The notes under the pieces are model-generated. The model saw only the letters and a list, made by a program, of their open reading frames with translations, was not told where the DNA came from and made no database searches. 32,000 nt of DNA. It comes from an archaeon (GTDB lineage Archaea; Iainarchaeota; Iainarchaeia; Iainarchaeales; CSSED10-239). The position numbers were made by a program, and so were the translations under genes. The stretch is taken from the NCBI GenBank assembly GCA_035400625.1, contig DAOMZT010000003.1, positions 60,001 to 92,000 of the forward strand. Direction: 5' to 3'. Below, piece after piece: positions 8,034 through 15,824 of the stretch (position 1 is the first letter of the stretch; each line of letters opens with the position of its first letter).

Positions 8034-8669
8034 TTACTTTTTCTTGTAAATCACATAAGAATAAAGAAAAATAATTATTGAAGAACCTACTATTTCTGAG
8101 AAAAAGATAATTGTAAAATGTTTCACATAAACCAAAGCAATTAATGTAGTTATTCCAATTATTATAAATAACCAGCCACCAAGCTTATGTGTTTTTATCC
8201 AAACCTCATCATCAGTTAAGGTCCAAGGCGTTCTTATTCCAAAAAACAGATTTCTTTTTTTTATTTTCATTAAGATAATACCAAGAACAATAAATAATAC
8301 AGATGTTGCTGGGATAATAAAATAGCTAAAATTAAAATGAATTCCAACATTATAAATTAAGGAAAGAACAGAAATATAAAATAAAAATGACATTGCTAAA
8401 ATAATTGTCACATCAAGCTGTTTTTTTAAATTTGCATTTTTAAACATGTCGCTTCTAGAAAAAAGGACATAGACAAAAAATATAATCACGAAAAAGACAG
8501 GCATAATCATTACACCCCAAAGCTTTGGGGTAAAGCCATCTGCGACGCCATTAAAATTCCAATGTGTTGCTATTTTTTCTGGCATATGTGAATATAAGAA
8601 AAAAGCAACAACTGCATATAGTAATATTAATATTAAAATAAATAATTCTGTTTTATTTAATTTTGCCAT
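8034..8669 (-). CDS. polytopic membrane protein, DUF1648/SdpI-like
   Basis: 211 aa with multiple hydrophobic helices. HWNFNGVADGF resembles DUF1648, and GIRTPWTLTDDEVW resembles the SdpI/YhfL family motif. Confidence 0.55.
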   Translation of the reverse strand: MAKLNKTELFILILILLYAVVAFFLYSHMPEKIATHWNFNGVADGFTPKLWGVMIMPVFFVIIFFVYVLFSRSDMFKNANLKKQLDVTIILAMSFLFYISVLSLIYNVGIHFNFSYFIIPATSVLFIVLGIILMKIKKRNLFFGIRTPWTLTDDEVWIKTHKLGGWLFIIIGITTLIALVYVKHFTIIFFSEIVGSSIIIFLYSYVIYKKK

Positions 8670-8745
8670 ATAAAAAATAAAGGATGATTAGTATTATAAA
8701 CTGTTGTTTCTTTTATTTTTATTGAATAATCAAAAAAGAAAAAAT

Positions 8746-10509
8746 ATGAAAAAGATCGTAATTGTATTTTTATTTGTTGTTTTATTTTCTACTTTTGTTT
8801 ATTCTGAAGATCAAAACAATGTTTTAGAATTTGATGCAATAAAAACTAAATATATCTCTTTAGACGTGAATATGTTTACGCCAATTAATTTTTCAAACTA
8901 TACAAGCAATGATGAATTTACATTTAAGACTGCGATTTTTCAAAATTTAAAAAATCAAGAAGTGAATATTTCTGCATATTATTTTGATGATAATGGCGAA
9001 AAGATATTTGGAGAAATAATAGCTGATGGCGAAAACAAATATGCAACTTTTAAAGTTAAGCCAATTACTAAAAATCAATATGTGTTCTACATCTCAGGGC
9101 ATATAGTTTCAGAAGACAAATTTGTTTTAGAAGATTTAAAACCAGAGCTAATACCAATAACTGATGAAATTAAAGAATATACAAAATCAACTAGATATAT
9201 ACAATCAGATAGTAGCGAGATTAGAACATTAGCTAATTATCTTAAGAAAAGCGAAGATCTAGAAAATTTAGTTTATGTGACTAATTGGATTAATTCTTAT
9301 TTAACTTATGATGATGACAACAGTTATGTGTTTTCAATTTATGATTCTTTGTCTGTCTTATCAGATGCAAAGGGTGTTTGTGATGAGTTTGCAATACTTG
9401 AGGCAGCAATATTAAGAGCCCAAGGTTATCCTGTGAAATATGTTGTAGGATATACAAATACAGGCCAAAAATGGGGGCCACACGCATGGTTAGAGGTATA
9501 TGTACCTGGATATGGCTGGATTCCTGTAGACCCTACATATAACGAAATAGGTAGTGTTGATGCAACTCACATAATTTTAGAAAAATTAAAAGATCCAAGT
9601 TCAAAAGATACTGTGACTTATACAAATAATGTGCTTGTGAGTTTTGGAGAAAAAAAACAGTACTTTACCCATCACGATGTAAAAACCTATGAGCAATTAG
9701 GATTAGGCAATGATCTAGATATTGATGTTATAATGCAAAAAGAAGCATATCAAAGTAGCCCACATATTGTAAAATTACAATTAAAAAACAAAACAAATAA
9801 TCATTTGGTGGTTTTGATTGCGAGTCAATTAGCTTCTGATTTTAAGCAAATCTATCCAAAAACTAGAAAAACAGTTTATCATCTCAAGCCTTTAGAAACA
9901 AAGAAATTTGATTATTATTTTAAATTACCTGATTTAAATAATTCATATACTTTTAAGTTTAGTTATATTTCACAATATAAAGATAAAACTACAGAATTAA
10001 ATATTTATCATAATAGGGGCAATTATCAAGATCTTTTCTATGTTTATGAGCCGACAATATATTATCGAAATGGGTTGCTTGTTTTTGAAAATACTGTTTT
10101 AAATTATACAAAAAAAGAAAAGAATATATCTTATGCTTTTGATTATAACGGGACAGATTATTTTGAAAATCAAAAGATACCAAAATATTCAGAAATTACA
10201 TATCAAAAGATTTTTAAAAAGACAGAAGACGGATATTTAAGTTATATGTTGTCAGGAGATTATAATTCTTTTAAAATGGCACAAATATTACCTACCATAG
10301 AAACACCATATGTGTTTGATGTTAATATTGATAAAAACACCTTCCTTTCTGAAGAAGATAAAAACAAATCAGAAATTTTTGAAAAAATAAAAGAAGATTC
10401 TGTTGTTGAAAAGCCAAAACCAGATTATTTAATGATAATTTTTGTTTGTGTCTTTATAGTGGTGATTATTGGATTATTTATTTCTAAGATGATAAAGAAA
10501 GAACAATAA
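8746..10509 (+). CDS. secreted/membrane-anchored transglutaminase-like protein
   Basis: GVCDEFAILEAAILRAQGYPVKYVVGY ... GPHAWLEVYVPGYGWIPVDPT is the Cys-His-Asp transglutaminase-like core. N-terminal signal/anchor MKKIVIVFLFVVLF and C-terminal TM LMIIFVCVFIVVIIGLFI. I prefer the ATG at 8746 over the TTG at 8704. Confidence 0.8.
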   Translation: MKKIVIVFLFVVLFSTFVYSEDQNNVLEFDAIKTKYISLDVNMFTPINFSNYTSNDEFTFKTAIFQNLKNQEVNISAYYFDDNGEKIFGEIIADGENKYATFKVKPITKNQYVFYISGHIVSEDKFVLEDLKPELIPITDEIKEYTKSTRYIQSDSSEIRTLANYLKKSEDLENLVYVTNWINSYLTYDDDNSYVFSIYDSLSVLSDAKGVCDEFAILEAAILRAQGYPVKYVVGYTNTGQKWGPHAWLEVYVPGYGWIPVDPTYNEIGSVDATHIILEKLKDPSSKDTVTYTNNVLVSFGEKKQYFTHHDVKTYEQLGLGNDLDIDVIMQKEAYQSSPHIVKLQLKNKTNNHLVVLIASQLASDFKQIYPKTRKTVYHLKPLETKKFDYYFKLPDLNNSYTFKFSYISQYKDKTTELNIYHNRGNYQDLFYVYEPTIYYRNGLLVFENTVLNYTKKEKNISYAFDYNGTDYFENQKIPKYSEITYQKIFKKTEDGYLSYMLSGDYNSFKMAQILPTIETPYVFDVNIDKNTFLSEEDKNKSEIFEKIKEDSVVEKPKPDYLMIIFVCVFIVVIIGLFISKMIKKEQ

Positions 10510-10565
10510 AAACAATAGAGTTTATAAACATTTTTTATGCTAGATATATTATACAACACAATAAG

Positions 10566-10637
10566 ACGCCTGTAGTCTAGTGGTTAGGATGGGAGCTTGC
10601 CAAGCTTTCGGCCCGGGTCCGACTCCCGGCAGGCGTA
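10566..10637 (+). tRNA. tRNA-Gly (anticodon GCC), no encoded CCA
   Basis: Acceptor ACGCCTG/CAGGCGT (A1-U72, C2-G71, G3-C70). Anticodon stem GGAGC/GCTTT with loop TTGCCAA. 4-nt variable loop. T stem CCGGG/CCCGG with loop TCCGACT. Discriminator A, then a T-run. Confidence 0.85.
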
Positions 10638-10651
10638 TTTTTTGAAAAATT

Positions 10652-10963
10652 ATGAAAGGCAAAGACGAATACAAGAAAAGAGTTTATTTTTTAATTGATT
10701 TTGCGATTTCTGAAAATAATCTAAAAATAGGTAACCCCTATATCAAAGATTATATTGGGCTTGCTTTTGATATTTCTAAAAAGATCAATTTTAGATTTCC
10801 AAAAGAACTTCACAGAAAAGTATGTAGATATTGTTATGCAATAAGAACAAGTAAAAACACAAAAGTAAGAACAATAACTGAAAACAAAAATCATAAGAGG
10901 CAAAAATATCTTAAGATTCATTGTCTAGAGTGTGACAAGATAAAGAAAATTGCACTCAAGTGA
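10652..10963 (+). CDS. rnp4: RNase P protein component 4 (Rpp21/Rpr2 family)
   Basis: 103 aa. It has a helical N-terminal half and a zinc ribbon, CRYCYAI ... HCLECDKIKK (C-x2-C ... C-x2-C), as in archaeal Rpp21. It starts 15 nt after tRNA-Gly. Confidence 0.7.
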   Translation: MKGKDEYKKRVYFLIDFAISENNLKIGNPYIKDYIGLAFDISKKINFRFPKELHRKVCRYCYAIRTSKNTKVRTITENKNHKRQKYLKIHCLECDKIKKIALK

Positions 10964-11124
10964 AAACAAAACCTATTTAAATAAAACTATTCTATAAATA
11001 TATTGTAATACTTGTTTTTTGACAAAGCATTGGTTTTGCCAAGAAATCAGCAGAAATGCGAAATATTTTCTTGAGTTTTCCAGAAAGGAAGCCAGAGAAA
11101 TTTAAAAAACTAGAGGTGAATAAT

Positions 11125-11682
11125 TTGGCTAATGTAAAAGACGTTCCAGCTCAGATTATGATAGCTGAGATTGCAAAGGACTTAAAGACAAACAAAAAAG
11201 TAAAGATGCCAGAATTTGCAGAATATGTAAAGACTGGCTGTAGCAGAGAGAGAGCACCACAAGATGTTGATTGGTGGTATATCAGAATGGCATCTATTCT
11301 TAGAAAAGTTGCAATTAATAATAAGACAACAGTCAACTCATTAAGAACATATTATGGTGGAAAAAAGAATAGAGGAGTTAAGCCAGAAGAGTTTAGAAAA
11401 GCAGGCGGAAAAATAATAAGGGTTTGTTTACAAGATTTAGAGAAATTGGGACTTGTAAGTAAATCAGAAGAAAAGAAAGGAAGAATAATAACTCCTGCAG
11501 GACAAAGTTATCTAGATAAGATAGCTGATAATATATTAAAAGACTATAGCAAATACAAGATTGTCAAGAAAGAAAAAGATATTGCAATGACAAAAGACAC
11601 AAAAGAAAAGTCTGTGTTTGATGTTGCAGAAAAGAAAGGAAAGAAAGATAATAATAAAAAGAAACAGGAGGTTGAAGAATAA
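11125..11682 (+). CDS. rps19e: 30S ribosomal protein eS19 with K-rich C-terminal tail
   Basis: VKDVPAQIMIAEIAKDLK ... PEFAEYVKTGCSRERAPQDVDWWYIRMASILRKV is the eS19 core. TTG 11125 is preceded by GAGGTGA with 6-nt spacing and gives the canonical N-terminus. The ORF track extends upstream to ATG 11056. Confidence 0.85.
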   Translation: MANVKDVPAQIMIAEIAKDLKTNKKVKMPEFAEYVKTGCSRERAPQDVDWWYIRMASILRKVAINNKTTVNSLRTYYGGKKNRGVKPEEFRKAGGKIIRVCLQDLEKLGLVSKSEEKKGRIITPAGQSYLDKIADNILKDYSKYKIVKKEKDIAMTKDTKEKSVFDVAEKKGKKDNNKKKQEVEE

Positions 11683-11996
11683 TGGCAAAACAAAAAACAA
11701 GAGAAAAGAAAGAATTTCTAATTTCTCAGAGAGATAAAGTAGGTCCTGGTTATTTAAATACCCCTGTTTGGATTATTCAAAAAGCAGGAAAAAGAATATG
11801 GAATAGAAAACAGAAAAGAAACTGGAAACAAACAGAATTCGGAGACGAATTTAGAAAATTACAACTTAAAAAAGCAGATGCTGTTAAGAAAACAGCAAGA
11901 GTGAGCGGAAAGAAAGAAAAAACCGCAAGAAGAAAAGTAAGAAAGACAAGAAACACAGTAGTTGTAAGAAATCCAATAAAGAAGAAGAGGAAGTGA
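11682..11996 (+). CDS. rpl39e: 50S ribosomal protein eL39 with ~50-aa basic C-terminal extension
   Basis: TPVWIIQKAGKRIWNRKQKRNWKQTEF matches the eL39 core (PVW ... R-x-W-[RK]). The start overlaps the rps19e stop (TAATG). Confidence 0.7.
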   Translation: MAKQKTREKKEFLISQRDKVGPGYLNTPVWIIQKAGKRIWNRKQKRNWKQTEFGDEFRKLQLKKADAVKKTARVSGKKEKTARRKVRKTRNTVVVRNPIKKKRK

Positions 11997-12003
11997 TTAA
12001 GAT

Positions 12004-12495
12004 ATGCCAAGTGAAAATTATGTAATACCTTTAAAAAAGGTTTATGATAACAAACCAAGAACAAGAAGAGCAAATAATGCAATTGCTGAAATCTTTAGCT
12101 TTCTTAAAAAACATACAAGAATGGAAAAGAAAGATGTAATTATTTCAAAAGAGGTAAACGAATATATTTGGAAAAATAGTATTCAAAATCCTCCAAGAAA
12201 AATTGCAATAAGCTTAAAGATTGATTCTGGTAAGGCTTATGTCTTCTTGAAAGATTCAAAGGAATTTAAAGATTTTGGGAAGGCAACTCCTGAACCTAAG
12301 GAAAAGCCAAAATTTAAAGAAGCAGTACAAAAAGCAGTAAAGGAAGCTACCTCTCAAAAGAAAATGACAGCAAATACAGAAAAAAAGAAAACTGATAAAA
12401 TTGCAAAGACAAGTGATAAGCCAGAAAAACCAGAAAAGAAGGCAAGTGATAAAACAGAAAAGAAAACTGCAGAGAAAGTGGAGTCAACAAACTGA
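12004..12495 (+). CDS. rpl31e: 50S ribosomal protein eL31 with ~80-aa K/E-rich C-terminal extension
   Basis: IPLKKVYDNKPRTRRANNAIAEIFSFLKKHTR ... VIISKEVNEYIWKNSIQNPPRKIAISL is the eL31 core. Confidence 0.85.
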   Translation: MPSENYVIPLKKVYDNKPRTRRANNAIAEIFSFLKKHTRMEKKDVIISKEVNEYIWKNSIQNPPRKIAISLKIDSGKAYVFLKDSKEFKDFGKATPEPKEKPKFKEAVQKAVKEATSQKKMTANTEKKKTDKIAKTSDKPEKPEKKASDKTEKKTAEKVESTN

Positions 12496-12501
12496 AAAGC
12501 T

Positions 12502-13173
12502 ATGAAACTAGATAGATCAACAATTTATAATTCACCGTTTCTAAATATATATTCCTATTGTACAGAAAAGATTTGCTTAGTTCCACACAGCATTCTTGCA
12601 AAAGAAGAAAGAAAGATTGAAGAGATTTTAGATGTTAAGGTCATAAAAACTTCAATTAATAGATCTGGTCTGTTAGGTGTATATCTTTCAGGAATTAATG
12701 AAAAGATAGTTGTTGAGAAAAACAGCATTCATTCAGAAGAATTGGCACACTTAGAAAAAGAAGGACTAAAGGTAAAGACAATAGCTGATGATAACAATGC
12801 TTTTGGAAATCTATTAGCAATCAATTCCAATTATGGGATTGCAAGCCCTCTTTTCCGACCAGAAACTGTTTCTGAGATTAAAAAATTCCTTAAGGTAGAT
12901 ATTGAACAGAAGAACTTTGCTGGGTTTGATCTCCCAGGAAGCTCAATCTTTGTATCTGATTCTTTGTTTTTGATTAACCCAACAATCGATATTAAAGAAT
13001 TTAATTATTTTGTGAAAAAATTTAAAGTTCCTGGAAAAGCAACAACAGCAAATTATGGAGATGTATTTGTTGGTAATGATATTATGGGCAATAAAAATGG
13101 GATATTAGTTGGGGAAACAACAAGTAATATTGAGATGATAAAAATAGATGAGCTTGTTGTGGATTTAAAATAA
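12502..13173 (+). CDS. eif6: translation initiation factor 6 (aIF6)
   Basis: 223 aa with a pentein-like repeat pattern (GNLLAINSNYGIASP, GDVFVGNDIMGNKNGILVG). It occupies the conserved position after rpl31e. Confidence 0.8.
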   Translation: MKLDRSTIYNSPFLNIYSYCTEKICLVPHSILAKEERKIEEILDVKVIKTSINRSGLLGVYLSGINEKIVVEKNSIHSEELAHLEKEGLKVKTIADDNNAFGNLLAINSNYGIASPLFRPETVSEIKKFLKVDIEQKNFAGFDLPGSSIFVSDSLFLINPTIDIKEFNYFVKKFKVPGKATTANYGDVFVGNDIMGNKNGILVGETTSNIEMIKIDELVVDLK

Positions 13174-13191
13174 AATGAGGGGGAATTAATT

Positions 13192-13668
13192 ATGGCAAAA
13201 GAAAATAAAGAAATCAAAACTGAAAAAACAATAACACTTGATAAGAACCAGACTATCCAATTATATCAAAATAAAGAAAAAGAATTACAAGGTATATCTC
13301 AAAGAGTTGAACAAATAGATAGTATTTTACAAGAAATGCAGAAAGCAGAAGCCACATTAAAGCAAATAAAGAAATTAAAAAGTGAAGAAAAACTATTGGT
13401 AAATCTTGGCGCAGGGGTCTTAATGGAGTGTGAGGTTTCTAATAAATCATCAATTAAAGTTATGCTTCCTGGTCAGATAATGACAGAAAGAAGCATTGAT
13501 GAAGTAATTGAAGATATAGACAAGAGAAATAAGGAATTGCAATCAGCAAAAGAAAAACTAATAAAATCATATAACCAGACATCACAAATGCTTGAACAAA
13601 TATCTAATGTCTTTAGGGAGATGCAATTAAGGGAAGAGCAAAAGAAAAGATCAAGAGATATCAATTAA
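13192..13668 (+). CDS. pfdA: prefoldin alpha subunit
   Basis: 158 aa. Coiled coils flank a central beta-hairpin region (LVNLGAGVLMECEV ... VMLPGQIM). It sits in the conserved position before ftsY. GAGGGGG lies upstream. Confidence 0.8.
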   Translation: MAKENKEIKTEKTITLDKNQTIQLYQNKEKELQGISQRVEQIDSILQEMQKAEATLKQIKKLKSEEKLLVNLGAGVLMECEVSNKSSIKVMLPGQIMTERSIDEVIEDIDKRNKELQSAKEKLIKSYNQTSQMLEQISNVFREMQLREEQKKRSRDIN

Positions 13669-13690
13669 ATAAATAAAATGGGTTTTTGAG

Positions 13691-15145
13691 TTGTTTGATT
13701 TATTAAAAAACAAGTTTAAGAGCTTTACAGATAAGTTATTTGGAAAGGCCAAAGAAAAAGCAGAAGAAGAGCAAGTTGTCGAAACTAAACAAGAAATTGC
13801 TTTGCCACAAGAGCCCCAAATATCAACTCCTGAAGTTGCAGAATCCAAATCTGTTCAAGAGTTAACAAAAGATGCAGATAAGCTTGAGAAAGCCATAGAT
13901 AGTCAGACCACAGAAGATGCGCTTATTCTTGGACAGCCAGAAGTTAAAGTCCCTGAACCTGTTTTAGAAGAGCCAGAGGTTAAGCCAGAGGTTAAGCAAC
14001 CGGTTCTTGAAAAACCAGAAGTTAAGGTTTCAGAACCTGAAGTTAAGTACCCTGCTCCTGAAGTTCCAAAAAAAGATAAGCATTCTATTTTTGATATCTT
14101 TAAGCCAAAGCCTAAAGTTAAGCCAACAGAAGAAGAAATACCACAACCAACTTCTGTTGAGCCAGAACCTGTAGTTTCTGAGATTGAACAACCTACTCCA
14201 AAGCCACTATCTACAGAGCCACAAGAAGATTTGACAGTTAAGAAAACAACAGAAATAAAAAAATCATTTATTACTTCTGTTAAAAGTATTTTTACAAGCA
14301 AAATCACACTTTCAGAAAAAGAGATTTCTGATTTTTTAGAGGAGTTTGAACTCTCGCTTCTTGAGGCGGATGTTTCAATTGTTTCTGCTGAGAATATCTG
14401 TAAAGATCTAAAAGAAAAATTAATTTCTGCAAGCTTTTCAAAAGACAACCCTTTAGAAGACATAAAGCAACACATAAGAGAGTCATTAAAAACGCAATTA
14501 GACATTGATTGCGATATTAATAACTATATAGAAAAAACAAGAAAGCCAGATTTGCCTTTTGTAATAATGTTTATTGGTCCAAATGGAGCAGGCAAGACAA
14601 CTACAATTTCTAAGTTTGCTTATCACTATAAGAAAGAAAACAAATCTGTTGTCTTAGCATCAGGAGACACCTTTAGAGCAGGAAGCATCGACCAACTTGA
14701 AAAACATGCAAATGCAATTGGTGTGAAAATTATTAAGCAAAACTATGGTTCAGACCCTGCTGCTGTTGCCTTTGATGCTGTAACTTCTGCAAAGGCAGGA
14801 AAGATAGACTATGTGTTTATTGATACTGCAGGAAGACAAGAAAACAATATCAACTTGATGCAGGAACTTAAGAAAATAAAAAAAGTAGTTAGCCCTAATC
14901 TAACAATTTATATTGGCGAAGCACAAGCTGGTCAAGCAATTGTTGATCAGGTTTTAGGGTTTGACAAAGAGATAGGTGTTGATGGAGTAATTCTAACAAA
15001 GATTGATACTGACCCTAAAGGTGGAGTTGCAATTTCTATTTTAAACGAACTTAAAAAGCCAATCTTTTTTGTTGGAACCGGCCAGACATATGATGACCTA
15101 GAAGCATTCTCTCCACAATTTATAATAGACAGGGTTGTTGTTTGA
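13691..15145 (+). CDS. ftsY: signal recognition particle receptor FtsY with long acidic/Pro-rich A-domain
   Basis: TTG start gives MFDLLKNKFKSF. NG domain motifs are FIGPNGAGKTTTISK, DTAGR and TKIDTDPKGG. The A-domain carries PEVK-type repeats. Confidence 0.9.
   Translation: MFDLLKNKFKSFTDKLFGKAKEKAEEEQVVETKQEIALPQEPQISTPEVAESKSVQELTKDADKLEKAIDSQTTEDALILGQPEVKVPEPVLEEPEVKPEVKQPVLEKPEVKVSEPEVKYPAPEVPKKDKHSIFDIFKPKPKVKPTEEEIPQPTSVEPEPVVSEIEQPTPKPLSTEPQEDLTVKKTTEIKKSFITSVKSIFTSKITLSEKEISDFLEEFELSLLEADVSIVSAENICKDLKEKLISASFSKDNPLEDIKQHIRESLKTQLDIDCDINNYIEKTRKPDLPFVIMFIGPNGAGKTTTISKFAYHYKKENKSVVLASGDTFRAGSIDQLEKHANAIGVKIIKQNYGSDPAAVAFDAVTSAKAGKIDYVFIDTAGRQENNINLMQELKKIKKVVSPNLTIYIGEAQAGQAIVDQVLGFDKEIGVDGVILTKIDTDPKGGVAISILNELKKPIFFVGTGQTYDDLEAFSPQFIIDRVVV
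15086..15145 (+). repeat. left 60-bp direct repeat (functional 3' end of ftsY: last 19 codons plus TGA)
   Basis: acatatgatgacctagaagcattctctccacaatttataatagacagggttgttgtttga. It is 57/60 identical to 16613-16672. Confidence 0.95.
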
Positions 15146-15177
15146 AGATATATTTAAAAACTATTTGTGTCATCTCT

Positions 15178-15197
15178 ATATAACAATATTGTTATAT
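15178..15197. promoter_or_regulatory. 20-bp perfect palindrome ATATAACAATATTGTTATAT, candidate AbiEi operator/promoter
   Basis: Perfect dyad 43 nt upstream of the abiEi ATG at 15240, inside the only non-coding stretch of the cassette. Confidence 0.45.
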
Positions 15198-15239
15198 TGG
15201 AGTGACTATCTCGTCCAGATATTTATGGGGTTTTCATAG

Positions 15240-15824
15240 ATGAATTTATACGAAATAAAAGAATTAGCTAAAAAGTCAGGAAAAGCAGTGTATTCTACAA
15301 GGCAATTATCTAATCTTATTTCTAAGGATAAACTGTCTACTGCTGTGTATGTGTCTAGACTTATAAAAGGAAAATTTGCAAAAAAATTGCAAAAAGGCAC
15401 GATAAGCTTTACAGATAATGATTTTGTTATTGCCACTCAATTATATGAACCTGCTTATGTTTCTTTGGATTCTGCATTGTTATTTCACAATCTAATAACG
15501 CAAGTTCCAAAAGACATAGATTGTATAACTACAATCAATAGTAAATATTTTAAGTCGCATAATATTTATTATCATAAAATAAGTCCAAAGTTGTTTTTTG
15601 GTTTTAAAAAATATAAATTAGATAATAGCTATGCTTTTATTGCAGAACCAGAGAAAGCCACACTAGATGGGTTATATTATAATAAATATTCCATAGCTGA
15701 TTTAGAAGAATGGTTATCAAAACTTAATTATACAAGATTAAAGAAATATTCAAAACTTTATAATTCAAAAATACAAAATATGATTGAGAATGTTAGAAAA
15801 AGAAGAACTAAAAGAAATAGCTAA
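15240..15824 (+). CDS. abiEi: AbiEi-family antitoxin/transcriptional regulator (type IV TA)
   Basis: 194 aa. N-terminal wHTH-like segment (YSTRQLSNLISKDKLSTAVYVSRLIKGKFAKKLQKGTISF) followed by PAYVSLDSALLFHNLITQVP, the typical AbiEi core. It overlaps the downstream toxin gene. Confidence 0.7.
   Translation: MNLYEIKELAKKSGKAVYSTRQLSNLISKDKLSTAVYVSRLIKGKFAKKLQKGTISFTDNDFVIATQLYEPAYVSLDSALLFHNLITQVPKDIDCITTINSKYFKSHNIYYHKISPKLFFGFKKYKLDNSYAFIAEPEKATLDGLYYNKYSIADLEEWLSKLNYTRLKKYSKLYNSKIQNMIENVRKRRTKRNS

Noticed and set aside
10565-10637. G at position -1 of the tRNA at 10566, suggesting tRNA-His
   Set aside because: The anticodon loop reads TTGCCAA (GCC, Gly). C2-G71, G3-C70 and A73 also fit glycine identity. 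G-1 opposite A73 is simply flanking sequence.
11056-11124. Upstream extensions given in the ORF track for rps19e (ATG 11056), the transglutaminase-like gene (TTG 8704), SBP3 (23213), regulator 2 (GTG 21130) and SBP1 (17862)
   Set aside because: In each case an internal start gives the canonical family N-terminus or signal anchor, and in most cases it has a better GGAGGTGA-type site. The extensions add unconserved residues. This remains a judgement call without experimental N-termini.
13903-14505. 200-aa ORF on the minus strand, antisense to the ftsY A-domain
   Set aside because: It is the mirror image of the Pro/Glu/Lys-rich repeat coding region (S/G/T-rich low complexity) and has no start context. 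The plus-strand frame continues into an unmistakable FtsY NG domain.
15090-15096. C-box-like ATGATGA inside both ftsY-tail repeats (also at 16617-16623), as a possible C/D box sRNA
   Set aside because: The motif encodes Tyr-Asp-Asp in the ftsY frame. No appropriately spaced D box (CTGA), terminal stem or guide arrangement is present.
15206-15436. 76-aa minus-strand ORF across the abiEi promoter and 5' end
   Set aside because: It overlaps the well-supported abiEi start and runs into the upstream non-coding spacer, ending just downstream of the palindromic operator candidate (15178-15197). No homology or start signal was seen.
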